From Desulfobacterales bacterium (lineage in GTDB: Bacteria; Desulfobacterota; Desulfobacteria; Desulfobacterales; UBA5616): a stretch of 64,000 nt of DNA. Positions 1 to 10,113 of this stretch are shown in pieces. Each line of letters opens with the position of its first letter. Positions within the stretch are counted from its first letter, which is position 1. A model generated the notes under the pieces. That model ran no database searches, was not told the DNA's origin, and saw only the letters and a list, made by a program, of their open reading frames with translations. A program made the position numbers and the translations under genes. Location of the stretch: positions 1-64,000 of the forward strand of contig JAWODC010000067.1 of the NCBI GenBank assembly GCA_046483495.1, read 5' to 3'.

Positions 1-712
1 GTCGGAAATGTCCAGCTGCGCCTGGCCATAACGAATGGCCCCCTGTGCGCGATGGGCCAGGTTGAATCCGCGCAGCGCGGCCAGGGACGCCACCGGTCTG
101 ATCAATAAAGCGATACTCAATCGCTCCGGAACCGGTTGTTCTTAAAGAACCGGTTGAAGTGTTCGATTCGTGTTTGGAGCGCGCGGGAACGTTGTCATCA
201 TATTCCATTGCCAGACTGATATAGGGATTCCATCTTGTACTATCCGCAACCGGTCGATTTGCAGCTTCCACGGAGCGTAGCCGCGGCATTATTTCCCAGG
301 CTCTATTCGCATACGGGGAATCCGACGCCATATTTTGAATTGAAACCAGTAAATCAATCGATTCAAGGACGCTTCCCCTTTGCGCCAAAGCTTTAGCCAG
401 ATAAAACCGGGCTGCTACACTGGAAGGGTTTATTTCCACAGCCCTGCGCAATACCCGCTCAGCCTGATCAGTTTTTCCGAGACCAATAAAACAAATCCCC
501 TTGAGTCTTAAAAGAAGAGTGTCTTCCGGCCTTTCAAAAAGGAGCCGGTCGAGCTCCTTGACTGCCGAATTTAAATCGCCCGCTATCATCAGATCTCCGG
601 CTTTTTGCCAATAAGCATATTCTTCGGCTGAAGAAGGATGAAAAGGTAAGAATACAGAAAGGAAGGATAGAATGACAAACCAACTGAAGTTCTTATATAC
701 CGATCGTTTCAT
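1..712 (-). CDS. Exported TPR-repeat protein with probable C-terminal outer-membrane beta-barrel; runs off the window edge and is apparently interrupted near position 97
   Basis: Not in the ORF track because it has no stop in the window. Manual translation from ATG 712 gives MKRSVYKNFSWFVILSFLSVFLPFHPSSAEE (signal peptide), then TPR-like helices (LKGICFIGLGKTDQAERVLRRAVEINPSSVAARFYLAKAL), then WNPYISLAMEYDDNVP, which is typical of the start of a barrel domain. Confidence 0.6.
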   Translation of the reverse strand, partial: MKRSVYKNFSWFVILSFLSVFLPFHPSSAEEYAYWQKAGDLMIAGDLNSAVKELDRLLFERPEDTLLLRLKGICFIGLGKTDQAERVLRRAVEINPSSVAARFYLAKALAQRGSVLESIDLLVSIQNMASDSPYANRAWEIMPRLRSVEAANRPVADSTRWNPYISLAMEYDDNVPARSKHESNTSTGSLRTTGSGAIEYRFIDQTGGVPGRAARIQPGPSRTGGHSLWPGAAGHFR

Positions 713-852
713 GGTATTTGCGGCAAGATGGAAGATATTTCCTCGCTTTGAGTGGGCTATCAACCGGTGGGACGACTTAAATGGAAGTACATTGGCGGAT
801 AACCCTGGTGAATATGATTTAAATTGCCAGCTACCCATAGATCATTTTTAAA

Positions 853-1140
853 AATTTAGCAAGCTTTTCCAATAATGTCATTGATTTCTGTATCTGTTAG
901 CTTCATGATCCATGGTTACCCTATCCTTATAAGCCTGAAAATGGATTGGACCATCACCGCAATGGCTCTTGATCTAAACCGGGCTTCTAATAATTTGCCG
1001 GTTTTTAAGGAGTATCTCAACTCTTTTCTTTTAAACCAAAGCTGGAGATCTGCAGGTACTTTCATCCGAAAGCAATACGAATGAGCGTTTCTGACAAGGT
1101 AACCGGGGGAGAGGGTAATGCGGTTCATCGTAAACTCCAT
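853..1140 (-). pseudogene. Truncated tyrosine-integrase N-terminal (DUF6538-like) domain
   Basis: SPGYLVRNAHSYCFRMKVPADLQLWFKRKELRYSLKTG resembles DUF6538 integrase N-termini. After an in-frame TAA at 916-918 the frame continues PWIMKLTDTEINDIIGKAC and stops again. No catalytic domain follows. It lies directly 3' of tRNA-Leu. Confidence 0.7.
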
Positions 1141-1203
1141 CTGTAAAGTGTGTAAGAAATGTGTGTAACAGATGGAATCGAGTGGAATTTGAGGCCTTAA
1201 AAT

Positions 1204-1232
1204 AAAAAAACCTGCCGAAAAATCAGCAGGTT
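1204..1232 (-). terminator. Rho-independent terminator after tRNA-Leu
   Basis: Hairpin AACCTGCCGA-AAAA-TCAGCAGGTT, with an A-run on + that reads as a U-tract on the - strand. Confidence 0.65.
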
Positions 1233-1242
1233 AGTTTATCCA

Positions 1243-1327
1243 TGGTGCCGAAGGCCGGACTTGAACCGGCACGGGGTTACCCACTACCCCCTCAAGATAG
1301 CGTGTCTACCAATTCCACCACTTCGGC
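1243..1327 (-). tRNA. tRNA-Leu (anticodon GAG)
   Basis: Reverse complement is GCCGAAGTGGTGGAATTGGTAGACACGCTATCTTGAGGGGGTAGTGGGTAACCCCGTGCCGGTTCAAGTCCGGCCTTCGGCACCA. It has a D loop, GAG anticodon, long variable arm, GTTC T-loop and encoded CCA, and follows secG as commonly seen. Confidence 0.97.
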
Positions 1328-1369
1328 ATTATCATTCGAATGGCCACCAGGGCGGTTAGCTGCCTTGCA

Positions 1370-1717
1370 TTACTCTGCCGGTTCGGCGGGCGCCGGTGCC
1401 GGGGTTTGTTCCGGTGCGGGAATTCCCGGAGTTTCCGGAATCGTCTCCTCGACCGGTGCAACATCCGTCATTACCGAACTTTCGGGTTTTCGGGTGGATA
1501 CATAAGCGAGAGACAGGGAGGTCAACATAAAAATGACGGCTATCGCCGTGGTTGCTTTTCCAAAGAATGTCCCCGCCCCGGAGCTGCCGAACAATGTCTG
1601 GCTCGATCCACCGCCGAAGGCCGCGCCCATATCCGCACCTTTGCCCGTTTGCAGCAGAACGATCATAATCAGAGCAATACAGGCTATCACATGCACTATA
1701 ATCAGTAAAACGGTCAT
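1370..1717 (-). CDS. secG: Preprotein translocase subunit SecG
   Basis: VLLQTGKGADMGAAFGGGSSQTLFGS motif, two TM helices, downstream of tpiA. Confidence 0.97.
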   Translation of the reverse strand: MTVLLIIVHVIACIALIMIVLLQTGKGADMGAAFGGGSSQTLFGSSGAGTFFGKATTAIAVIFMLTSLSLAYVSTRKPESSVMTDVAPVEETIPETPGIPAPEQTPAPAPAEPAE

Positions 1718-1727
1718 AATTTTCGGT

Positions 1728-2489
1728 TCACTTATAATGAGCTATGGCGCTGAATGTTTCCGCATCCAGACTGGCACCGCCGATGAGCGCACCGTCCACA
1801 TCCGGCATTTCCATCAAACCGCTGATGTTGTCGGGTTTTACGCTTCCGCCGTATAGGATCCGAACGCTTTCGGCAAAGGATTCATCATACAATTTTTTCA
1901 ACTGTATTCTGAGATAGTGATGAACCTCCTGGGCCTGTTCCCGGGTTGCCGTTTTGCCGGTTCCAATGGCCCAAACCGGCTCGTAAGCGACCACCAGTTT
2001 TTTCACCTGATTTAAAGAAAGGCTTTTTAACCCGTTTTGGATCTGTTTGTCAAGTACAGAAAATGTTTCTCCGGCCTCCCGCTGGGATTCCGATTCACCG
2101 ATGCAAAAAACAGGCGTCAGATCATTTTCTACGGCGGCGTGCATTTTTTTATTCACGGATTCATCGGTTTCACCGAAATGTTGCCGCCTTTCGGAATGCC
2201 CGATGATTGCGTAGCTGCATCCGACGGAAACAATCATCGGCGGCGATATTTCTCCCGTGTAAGCCCCTTCATTTTCCCAAAACATGTTCTGTGCACCGAG
2301 AGCGACCTGTGTCTTCGAGACGATTCGGGATAGTGCGGACAAGGCGATAAAGGGCGGGGCGATCATCAAATCGATTCCCTGGATGTCCGCTGTCAACCGA
2401 ACCACGTCGCTGGCCGTGATTTCAGCCTCCGAACACGTTTTGTGCATCTTCCAGTTGCCCGCGATCAGCGGTTTTCGATTAGGCTTCAT
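1728..2489 (-). CDS. tpiA: Triosephosphate isomerase
   Basis: AGNWKM, IIGHSERR, AYEPVWAIGTG and YGGSV motifs. Confidence 0.99.
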   Translation of the reverse strand: MKPNRKPLIAGNWKMHKTCSEAEITASDVVRLTADIQGIDLMIAPPFIALSALSRIVSKTQVALGAQNMFWENEGAYTGEISPPMIVSVGCSYAIIGHSERRQHFGETDESVNKKMHAAVENDLTPVFCIGESESQREAGETFSVLDKQIQNGLKSLSLNQVKKLVVAYEPVWAIGTGKTATREQAQEVHHYLRIQLKKLYDESFAESVRILYGGSVKPDNISGLMEMPDVDGALIGGASLDAETFSAIAHYK

Positions 2490-2501
2490 GATGATATTTC
2501 C

Positions 2502-3506
2502 TCAAAGCTGAGCACCGATCATGGCGGCGAGGTCGACCATTCGGCTTGAATACCCGAATTCATTGTCGTACCAGGCCAGGACTTTTACCATCTGATCCAC
2601 AACATACGTTGTGGGGCCGTCCACAACGGACGAAAGCGAGCAGCCGTTGAAATCGGCGGACACCAGGGGGTCATCGGTGTAGCCCAAGATGCCTTTTAAG
2701 GATGTTTCGGATGCCGACTTCATCGCTTCATTGACTTCGGACACCGTGATGCCGGCTTTTTCAACGGTCACCACCAGGTCCACCAGAGAAACATTGGGCG
2801 TGGGGACGCGAACGGCCAATCCATTGAGCTTGTCGGCAAGTTCAGGCAAAACGAGTGACACCGCTTTGGCCGCCCCGGTTGAGGTCGGAATCATGGAAAG
2901 GGCCGCCGCTCTTGCCCGTCTCAAATCTTTATGGGGAAAATCCAACAGGCGCTGATCACCGGTATAGGAATGAATGGTCGTCATCAGGCCGGCCCGAATA
3001 CCGAAATGCTCCAGCAGAACCTTGGCTACCGGTGCCAGACAATTCGTTGTGCAGGATGCATTGGAAACGATATGGTGGGACCTTGGATTATAATGCGTGT
3101 CATTAACACCCATGACGATGGTGGTGTCCGGATCTTTTGCCGGTGCGGAAATAATTACTTTTCGGGCACCGGCGGTAAGATGACCTGAAGCGCCGGCCTT
3201 GTCGCGGAAAATGCCGGTGCATTCTGCGACGATATCTACAGCATGGTCCCCCCAGGGGATATCGGCGGGGTTTTTGGCCATGGTGACGGCAATGGCGGTT
3301 TTATCGACGATGACGGCATCGTTTGTCGCGGTAATTTCGTTTTCCAATTTCCCATGCACCGAGTCGTACTTCAACAGATGGGCAAGAGTCGATGGGGCGG
3401 TGAGATCGTTTATCGCCGCAATTTCAATTTCGGGGTGGTTCAACGCCGCTCTGAACAAAAGCCGTCCAATTCTACCAAAACCATTGATACCGATCCTAAC
3501 GCCCAT
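2502..3506 (-). CDS. gap: Glyceraldehyde-3-phosphate dehydrogenase, type I
   Basis: INGFGRIGR, SNASCTTNCLAP and WYDNE motifs. Confidence 0.99.
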   Translation of the reverse strand: MGVRIGINGFGRIGRLLFRAALNHPEIEIAAINDLTAPSTLAHLLKYDSVHGKLENEITATNDAVIVDKTAIAVTMAKNPADIPWGDHAVDIVAECTGIFRDKAGASGHLTAGARKVIISAPAKDPDTTIVMGVNDTHYNPRSHHIVSNASCTTNCLAPVAKVLLEHFGIRAGLMTTIHSYTGDQRLLDFPHKDLRRARAAALSMIPTSTGAAKAVSLVLPELADKLNGLAVRVPTPNVSLVDLVVTVEKAGITVSEVNEAMKSASETSLKGILGYTDDPLVSADFNGCSLSSVVDGPTTYVVDQMVKVLAWYDNEFGYSSRMVDLAAMIGAQL

Positions 3507-3535
3507 ACATCCTCTCCTGAAGCTTTGGTTTCATA

Positions 3536-3952
3536 TTATCCCTCCCGCTTATTTCCCTTTAAGATGTTGCTTGCAAGAGAGATGCTTTTTTTCCCGTATA
3601 TTTCCAAACGATTTGCGAGCATCGGCAGGTCCATGTTTTCGCGGGATTCAACCGCCTTGAATAATATCGGCAGATTCACGCCGGATATCACATCGACACG
3701 ACCTTCTTCCAAAAAGGAATAGCTCAGGTTGGAGGGTGTTCCCCCGAACATATCCGTTAAAATGAGAATGCCCTGATTTTGATCCACCTTTTTTATGCCT
3801 TCTTCGATTTTTTTTCGAAGATGATCCGCATTCTCTTTGATATTCACCGAAACAGAAACCATGGATTCAGGCTGCGATCCTACAATGGAGGTAATCGCTT
3901 CGATCATGGCGTCTCCCAGTCGTTCGTGTGTTACAATGACGATTCCAATCAT
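3536..3952 (-). CDS. PTS mannose/fructose-type EIIA component
   Basis: IVIVTH, LTDMFGGTPSN and VISGVNLP motifs. Confidence 0.93.
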   Translation of the reverse strand: MIGIVIVTHERLGDAMIEAITSIVGSQPESMVSVSVNIKENADHLRKKIEEGIKKVDQNQGILILTDMFGGTPSNLSYSFLEEGRVDVISGVNLPILFKAVESRENMDLPMLANRLEIYGKKSISLASNILKGNKREG

Positions 3953-4026
3953 TTGCCACCTTTTTTCAGCGCCGTCCGCAAATAAGTGTGTGTTTGATCC
4001 TCAAGTCTGTAAAAGGATGTCGGCTC

Positions 4027-4884
4027 TCATATGTCACGGTTCGTCAGGTTGACGGATTTGCCTTTCTCGCGCAGGTGCTCCGCTATGCGAAAGGCAATGG
4101 TTACCGATCGATGCTGCCCTCCGGTACATCCTATGCCGATGGTGAAATATGATTTCCCCTCTTTTTCGTATAATGGAATTAAATAGTCAAGCAAGTCTAA
4201 AAATTTAATTAGAAATTGTTGGGTTTCTTCATTTCGCAGAATAAATTCCTGAATATCCGGTGATTCTCCTGTCAGTTCCTTTAAGGACGGTTCAAAATAC
4301 GGATTAACCAAAAATCGAACATCCATGGTGAGATCGGCATTTAAGGGAACGCCGTTTTTGTATCCAAAGGAGATGATATTGATCTGCATCATGGAACGTA
4401 AAAGACGTTTCTGGGCGAGATCGAATATCACGGACTTGAGATCGTGAACGGTGTAACGCGATGTATTGATAACGGTATCTGCTTCATTTCTCAAGTCGTC
4501 GAGAAGTTCGATTTCATAGGCAATAGCTTCAGGCAAATTTTTGCCCTGGGCCAGTGGGTGGTTTCGCCTGGTTTGTGAATAACGGTTTATCAGGATGTCG
4601 GGATCCGCTTCCAGGAAAAGGACATTGAACCTGTAGCCGTTTTTCCGCAGTAATTGGAATATGCTGTTGTATTTGGAAACGAACCCTTTTTCGCGAATAT
4701 CCATGACAAATGCAATACCCGTGAACTCGGTATTGCTTTCGATCGGAAGCTCCATGAATTTAGGAAGCAGGTCAACAGGCATATTATCGACGCAATAGTA
4801 TCCGGCGTCTTCGAACGAAGCGATCGCCGTGCTTTTACCGGACCCGGATAACCCCGTAATGATTGTAAATTTAAGATTTTTCAC
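4027..4884 (-). CDS. rapZ: RNase adapter RapZ (P-loop protein)
   Basis: ITGLSGSGKS, YCVDN and GCTGGQHRSV motifs; rpoN operon context. Confidence 0.96.
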   Translation of the reverse strand: MKNLKFTIITGLSGSGKSTAIASFEDAGYYCVDNMPVDLLPKFMELPIESNTEFTGIAFVMDIREKGFVSKYNSIFQLLRKNGYRFNVLFLEADPDILINRYSQTRRNHPLAQGKNLPEAIAYEIELLDDLRNEADTVINTSRYTVHDLKSVIFDLAQKRLLRSMMQINIISFGYKNGVPLNADLTMDVRFLVNPYFEPSLKELTGESPDIQEFILRNEETQQFLIKFLDLLDYLIPLYEKEGKSYFTIGIGCTGGQHRSVTIAFRIAEHLREKGKSVNLTNRDI

Positions 4885-4989
4885 ATTGAAATAACGGCAC
4901 GCCGGAAATTCACAAGTCGAAAACAGCTGTTCGACATGAATCGCAGGTGCGGCGCGCGAGAAGGATCAGGTGTCAGCGTTTGATTGCCA

Positions 4990-5448
4990 TCAAAAATCCT
5001 CGTCGACTTCATCAATAATAGAATAGATCTCATCCTGGCTGCCTGCATTCATCAGTTTTTCCTTGAAGAGATCATTTTTCAGAATTCTCGATATGCGGGC
5101 GAGCAGTTTGAGATGCAAACCCGTTGAATTTTCAGGCGTGATCAGCAGGAAGAAGATGTAGGTCGGACGACCGTCCATGGATTCGAAATCGACGCCCTTT
5201 TTGCTTAACCCAAACCCAAGAATCAGTTTCTCGAGATCTTTTAATTTTCCGTGTGGAATGCCGATGCCGCCCCCGATTCCGGTGCTCCCCAGCCTTTCCC
5301 TTTCCATAAGAACTTTTACAAGGGTTTCTTGTTTGATATGTGAAATCTGAGAAACGGGTTCGGTTAATTCTTCAAGAATACCCTTCTTGTCCTTGGATTT
5401 AAGGTTGGAGAGAATCGCATCTTTATCTAAGACCTCTAAAATTTTCAT
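4990..5448 (-). CDS. ptsN: PTS IIA nitrogen-regulatory protein
   Basis: ERERLGSTGIGGGIGIPHGK and HLKLLARIS motifs. Confidence 0.93.
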   Translation of the reverse strand: MKILEVLDKDAILSNLKSKDKKGILEELTEPVSQISHIKQETLVKVLMERERLGSTGIGGGIGIPHGKLKDLEKLILGFGLSKKGVDFESMDGRPTYIFFLLITPENSTGLHLKLLARISRILKNDLFKEKLMNAGSQDEIYSIIDEVDEDF

Positions 5449-5499
5449 GACATACCCACCCGGATTACCTTTACTACGGCATTAGAGAGCCCCCGCCAT

Positions 5500-6030
5500 T
5501 CAACCTGTGGGCTGAATAAGGCCTAAATCACCGTTATTTTTTCGATAAAGGACATTGACCCGGTCTGTTCTCGCGTTGGTAAACACGAGAAAGCTGTCCG
5601 TGATCAAGTCCATCTGAAGGATCGCTTCTTCAATATCCATCGGTTTATATTCGATATGTTCTATCGTAAGATTTTTTTCCGGTGTCTCGTCGTCCCGGTT
5701 TATGCCGATTGCATGGCCCGCCTTTGGCTTGCCTTTACCGTAACGATTTTCTCTGCTTTTTTGCTTGTTTTTTTTAATTTGTTTTTCAAGTTTGTCAAGC
5801 GCCATGTCGATGGCGGAATACATGTCGTTGGTTTCTTCCTTGCCGATGATGTTCAGCCGATCCCCTAAAATATTGATTTCTGCGATGTGCCTGAATTTTT
5901 GAACCGTCAGAACGACATTTGCTTCGGCTGTGTTGTAAATGTATTTATCGAATCGGTCAAGTTTGTCCTTTACATAGGATTTAAGGTTTTCAGAAGGATC
6001 CAGATTCTTGAATGTGACGCTTGTTTGCAT
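5500..6030 (-). CDS. hpf: Ribosome hibernation promoting factor (long HPF/RaiA)
   Basis: DMYSAID..LDKLEKQIKK plus a C-terminal KPMDIEEAILQM domain; follows rpoN. Confidence 0.95.
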   Translation of the reverse strand: MQTSVTFKNLDPSENLKSYVKDKLDRFDKYIYNTAEANVVLTVQKFRHIAEINILGDRLNIIGKEETNDMYSAIDMALDKLEKQIKKNKQKSRENRYGKGKPKAGHAIGINRDDETPEKNLTIEHIEYKPMDIEEAILQMDLITDSFLVFTNARTDRVNVLYRKNNGDLGLIQPTG

Positions 6031-6215
6031 GAAAAACCTCCTGTAATCCGATCAGAACCTGCATTCCCAATTCATGCCGGTCCGTGGCCGATGGTTCGCT
6101 GTCGAAAACTTATCACATCTTTCGCCGAAGAAAAGGCGTCTCCGGCAATCATTATTCCATCAACCCGCGCCGAACTCATTTTGCCCGAGGGAACACAGAA
6201 TCCGGGTGATCGCTC

Positions 6216-7661
6216 CTAATATTGTTTTCTTTTATTCGAGGGCAAAATTTTCATTATTTCGCGATATTTTGCGACGGTTCTCCTGGCAATCGTGATATCC
6301 AGCTGCTGGTTTAACATTTTTGAAATCTTCTGGTCACTCAAGGGTTTTTTGGGGTTTTCGGCATCAATCAACTGCCTGATCCTATTTTGAACACTGGCGG
6401 ACGACATCGACTCGCCCAATAATCCCTTGATCGAACTGTTGAAAAAATATTTTAATTCAAAAATCCCCTGGGGGGTGTGGACATATTTATTCGTTGTCAC
6501 GCGGCTTATCGTGGATTCATGCATGCCGATATCTTCCGCCACATCCCTTAATACCATCGGTTTCAGATCTTCCACACCATTTTCGAAAAACGTTCTCTGG
6601 AATTTTAGAATGCTTTCCATTACTTTATATATCGTTTTCTGGCGCTGGTGAATACTCCTGATCAACCATGCCGCCGAGCGCATTTTATCTTGGAGATAAG
6701 ACCGGACATGGTCCTGAATGACCTCATTTCGCTTTACGGCGTTCTTGTAGTAAGAATTTATCTGAAGTCTGGGCATGCCGTCTTCATTGAGCATAATAAC
6801 GAATTCATTTTCCAGTTTATAGACATAAATATCCGGAACGATGTAGTGGGGCTCTTCATCACTGAATTCCCGACCGGGCCTGGGTTCGAGGTCTTTTATA
6901 ATATTGACGGCTTTCACCACTTCATCAATGCTGATTTTCAGGGCCCTGGCTACTGCCTTATAGTTTTTGTTTTCAAGATGATTCAGGTGATCGGTAATGA
7001 TGCGTGAAACGATTGTATTTTCCAGATTGAAGTGGGAGGACTGAATCAGGAGACATTCTTTTAAATCACGGGCGCATACCCCGATGGGATCGAACGTCTG
7101 CATTTTTTTCAAAACGGCGGTTACCGCTTCGGCATCTGCTTCGCTGATTTCAACGAGTTCTTCAAAGGCGATGTCAAGATAGCCATCAGCATTCAAATTC
7201 CCGATAATGCTGCTGCCGATCCTTTCTTCAACAGGTGAGGGGTTCGTCATCAGCAGTTGCCACAACAGGTGGTCTTTTAATGATTCCTTTTTAGTCAGAA
7301 AGGATTCGAAACTCGGAATATCCCCCCGCTTTTCGGATTCATAGTTCATTCTGCCGGGGGAATTGTATTCATCCAGATAATTGTTCCAATCCGCCTGGTC
7401 GTCAGGAATTTTCTCATTGATGGTAACCTCCGGCAGCACCGATGATTCGTTCGGTGCCGAATCAGGTGCTGTCGGGTCTTCATGATGATCATCAGGCGGG
7501 TCCAGGGACTCTTCGAGAGTCGGGTTTTGTTCGAGCTCCTGGTTTATGGCCTCCACTAATTCCAGTCGGGACATTTGGAGCAGCTTGATCGCCATCTGGA
7601 GCTGTGGCGTCATCACCAGTTGCTGCGTAAGTTTGAGTTGTTGTCTAAGTCCTAAGCCCAT
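6216..7661 (-). CDS. rpoN: RNA polymerase sigma-54 factor
   Basis: QQLVMTPQLQMAIKLLQ, HESTISRVT and the RpoN box ARRTVAKYRE. Confidence 0.99.
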   Translation of the reverse strand: MGLGLRQQLKLTQQLVMTPQLQMAIKLLQMSRLELVEAINQELEQNPTLEESLDPPDDHHEDPTAPDSAPNESSVLPEVTINEKIPDDQADWNNYLDEYNSPGRMNYESEKRGDIPSFESFLTKKESLKDHLLWQLLMTNPSPVEERIGSSIIGNLNADGYLDIAFEELVEISEADAEAVTAVLKKMQTFDPIGVCARDLKECLLIQSSHFNLENTIVSRIITDHLNHLENKNYKAVARALKISIDEVVKAVNIIKDLEPRPGREFSDEEPHYIVPDIYVYKLENEFVIMLNEDGMPRLQINSYYKNAVKRNEVIQDHVRSYLQDKMRSAAWLIRSIHQRQKTIYKVMESILKFQRTFFENGVEDLKPMVLRDVAEDIGMHESTISRVTTNKYVHTPQGIFELKYFFNSSIKGLLGESMSSASVQNRIRQLIDAENPKKPLSDQKISKMLNQQLDITIARRTVAKYREIMKILPSNKRKQY

Positions 7662-7663
7662 GG

Positions 7664-8386
7664 TTATAAATAAAACTCTTTTCCCAAATAAAACCGCCGC
7701 GCCGTTTCGCTGGCGGCTATCTTTTCCGGTGCACCCGATTCTATAATTTCTCCGTTATTTAATATATAAGCTTTATCACAGACTTCAAGAGTTTCCCTCA
7801 CATTGTGATCCGAAATCAATACGCCGATGCCCCGTTTTTTCAGGTGAATGATTATTTTTTTGATGTCGGTTACCGCAAGCGGGTCAATTCCGGCAAACGG
7901 TTCATCGAGCAGAATGAACGACGGATCGGTGGCTAGAGCACGGGAAATTTCAAGTCGACGTCTTTCCCCACCCGACAGTACCCCCGCACGCCGGTCGGCC
8001 AGACGTCGAATGCCCAATTCCTCCAACAAACGGTTGGTTTTCTTTTTCTGCTCGGTTTTGCCGATCGGCAGCATCTCGAGAATCGCACGTATATTTTGCT
8101 CGACCGTCAGTTTTTTAAAGACGGAAGCTTCTTGAGGCAGATATCCCACCCCTCTTCTTGCCCGCCGGTGCATGGGCATATCCGTGACATTCTCCTGGTC
8201 GATCAGAACCGTACCATTGTCTGGTTTTATCAATCCCACCGTCATATAAAAGGTTGTCGTTTTGCCGGCGCCGTTCGGTCCGAGCAGCCCTACGACCGAA
8301 CCGCTCCGAGTTGAAATGGAAACAGAATCGACCACCCGTTTTCCATGATAGCTTTTTACCAGGTTGTGCAGGGATAAAACGCTCAT
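7664..8386 (-). CDS. lptB: LPS export ABC transporter ATPase LptB
   Basis: [17 protein letters not shown] and [11 protein letters not shown] motifs; start placed at MSVLSLHN (ATG 8386). Confidence 0.97.
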   Translation of the reverse strand: MSVLSLHNLVKSYHGKRVVDSVSISTRSGSVVGLLGPNGAGKTTTFYMTVGLIKPDNGTVLIDQENVTDMPMHRRARRGVGYLPQEASVFKKLTVEQNIRAILEMLPIGKTEQKKKTNRLLEELGIRRLADRRAGVLSGGERRRLEISRALATDPSFILLDEPFAGIDPLAVTDIKKIIIHLKKRGIGVLISDHNVRETLEVCDKAYILNNGEIIESGAPEKIAASETARRFYLGKEFYL

Positions 8387-8387
8387 C

Positions 8388-8948
8388 TCATTCTCGATCC
8401 TGTTTCTGATGAAAAACCGCTTCAACCTGCCCGCTGCCGGCGCTTTCCACCCTGTACGTTCCGTTCGCTCGATCCAGAATAATTTTTTTCCCCGTGATGT
8501 AATCATCACCGCTTGAAATTTTCGTTGATTCGCCTGTCAGCATCAGGGTGTCGGTATCCGGCGTATAAACGGCCGAGCCTGCTTTGGCCACCTTATCGTC
8601 GAATCGTATGACGACATTGCCTTTGGCAACAATCTCATGAATTGAATCCCTGTCCATTGAAAGGCCTGATTCGTTGTTTCGGCCGGCTTTGAAATTAATC
8701 CTCATTCGGTCCGCCGTTATGGTCGTATCGTCGATGTCGACGTTTACGTTGCCGATAAAATCGGTGTGGCCGGCCCGGCTGTCCATAACGGCTTCATCCG
8801 TAACAACGCGAATCGCCTGAAATGGGTGTTTTTTGTCCTGATGGTCTTCTCCGAATACCGGGGGTTGGAAGAAAAAACCGCATATCACTGAAAAGAGGAT
8901 CATAGCAAGCAGATTTGAGCTTCGGCACAAATTACGATGAAGTTTCAT
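8388..8948 (-). CDS. lptA: LPS transport periplasmic protein LptA/OstA
   Basis: Signal peptide, FIGNV..ITADRM and IVAKGNVVI beta-jellyroll motifs; lies between lptC and lptB. Confidence 0.88.
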   Translation of the reverse strand: MKLHRNLCRSSNLLAMILFSVICGFFFQPPVFGEDHQDKKHPFQAIRVVTDEAVMDSRAGHTDFIGNVNVDIDDTTITADRMRINFKAGRNNESGLSMDRDSIHEIVAKGNVVIRFDDKVAKAGSAVYTPDTDTLMLTGESTKISSGDDYITGKKIILDRANGTYRVESAGSGQVEAVFHQKQDRE

Positions 8949-9528
8949 GAAACGTTCCTTTAACATGCCCTTTAAAGCGTGTTCGATGCGTATCTAAATC
9001 CATTTGAAGGCTGTCGGACACGATAGCGAGTCCATCACCCGTCAGGTTGACCGGCGTGCGGGCATAAACCATCCGGTTATCATGACGATACTGCAACTGC
9101 TCGGTCTCGAGGCGATATCCTTCATTCTCCATTTTTACGTTGCCGAATACCTCAATGTCGTATGTTTTCGTATCCAATACACCTTTTTGTGCTGTTACGA
9201 ATGCCCTGCCGTTTTCTTCTAAAAAAAACGTCACGGTCAGATCCTCGAAAACAGCACGATCTCCATCAAGGGCATATTCGGCCGAACGGGCTTCCAATTT
9301 CCATTCGGTAACGCCGTTCCGGGTGGCGGTATGTTGAATATTTCCGATTTTAATTCCCGGATTGGAGGAAATCGGTTCGTTGGGTTGGGATGCGCCGTCG
9401 TTGAAGGTTCGTGAATTGAGAAAAACCAGAATGATCACGGTCGAAAAAACCAAGGCCAAGCTCAGCAACCCAAGCCGAATTCGATGATAAATCGGTTTCT
9501 TAAAAATTTTCATGTATCGTTGCCCCAT
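8932..9528 (-). CDS. lptC: LPS export protein LptC
   Basis: N-terminal TM anchor, WKLEARSAEY and LETEQLQY motifs, kdsC-lptC-lptA-lptB synteny; alternative start 9513. Confidence 0.88.
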   Translation of the reverse strand: MGQRYMKIFKKPIYHRIRLGLLSLALVFSTVIILVFLNSRTFNDGASQPNEPISSNPGIKIGNIQHTATRNGVTEWKLEARSAEYALDGDRAVFEDLTVTFFLEENGRAFVTAQKGVLDTKTYDIEVFGNVKMENEGYRLETEQLQYRHDNRMVYARTPVNLTGDGLAIVSDSLQMDLDTHRTRFKGHVKGTFHETSS

Positions 9529-9594
9529 GCCTTGCCGGGGGCGCCTGCGCCGGTGTATAACATAATGATTTCAATTATCCCGAATCCTGTCATA

Positions 9595-10113
9595 TTACAA
9601 TGAAAACCGTTTGAGAATGTCGGGCCACAGGTTTTTCGCTTTAAGGACGGCATCCGCAATTTCCCTGACAGCCCCATGCCCGCCTGTTTTCTGCGTAATG
9701 ATTTTGGCGGCTTTCTTGACTTCATCATGGGCATCGGAAACCGCAATCGGTAGGCCGACTTTTTTCATTACGGGTATATCGGGAAGATCATCCCCCATAT
9801 ATGCCGTTCGGCCGTATGATACACCCGTGGACTTCAGAACGGCATCGAGAGCATCGACTTTATCCGTTACATTCTGATACAGGATCGAAATTCCCAGATT
9901 ACGGCATCGGTGCTCCAGAGCATCCGAGGTTCTGCCGGTGAGGATTCCCACCCCGACTCCGGATTCCATTAAAAGCCTTATTCCCAAACCGTCTTTCGTA
10001 CTGAATGCTTTTATCTGAATGCCGCGGTCATCATATATAATGCTTCCGTCGGTTAGAACCCCGTCCACGTCCAGGAGCAAAAGATCGATCGAACCGAGCG
10101 CCTCCATGTTCAT
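9595..10113 (-). CDS. kdsC: KDO 8-phosphate phosphatase (HAD)
   Basis: LLLDVDGVLTDG, YMGDDLPD and GGHGAVRE motifs. Confidence 0.96.
   Translation of the reverse strand: MNMEALGSIDLLLLDVDGVLTDGSIIYDDRGIQIKAFSTKDGLGIRLLMESGVGVGILTGRTSDALEHRCRNLGISILYQNVTDKVDALDAVLKSTGVSYGRTAYMGDDLPDIPVMKKVGLPIAVSDAHDEVKKAAKIITQKTGGHGAVREIADAVLKAKNLWPDILKRFSL

Noticed and set aside
1242..1505. 87-aa + strand ORF (MVPKAGLEPARG...)
   Set aside because: It is the antisense reading of tRNA-Leu and secG, a classic spurious ORF.
2490..2501. Absence of pgk between gap and tpiA as a deletion scar
   Set aside because: The 12-bp spacer is clean with no pgk remnant; most simply lineage-specific gene order.
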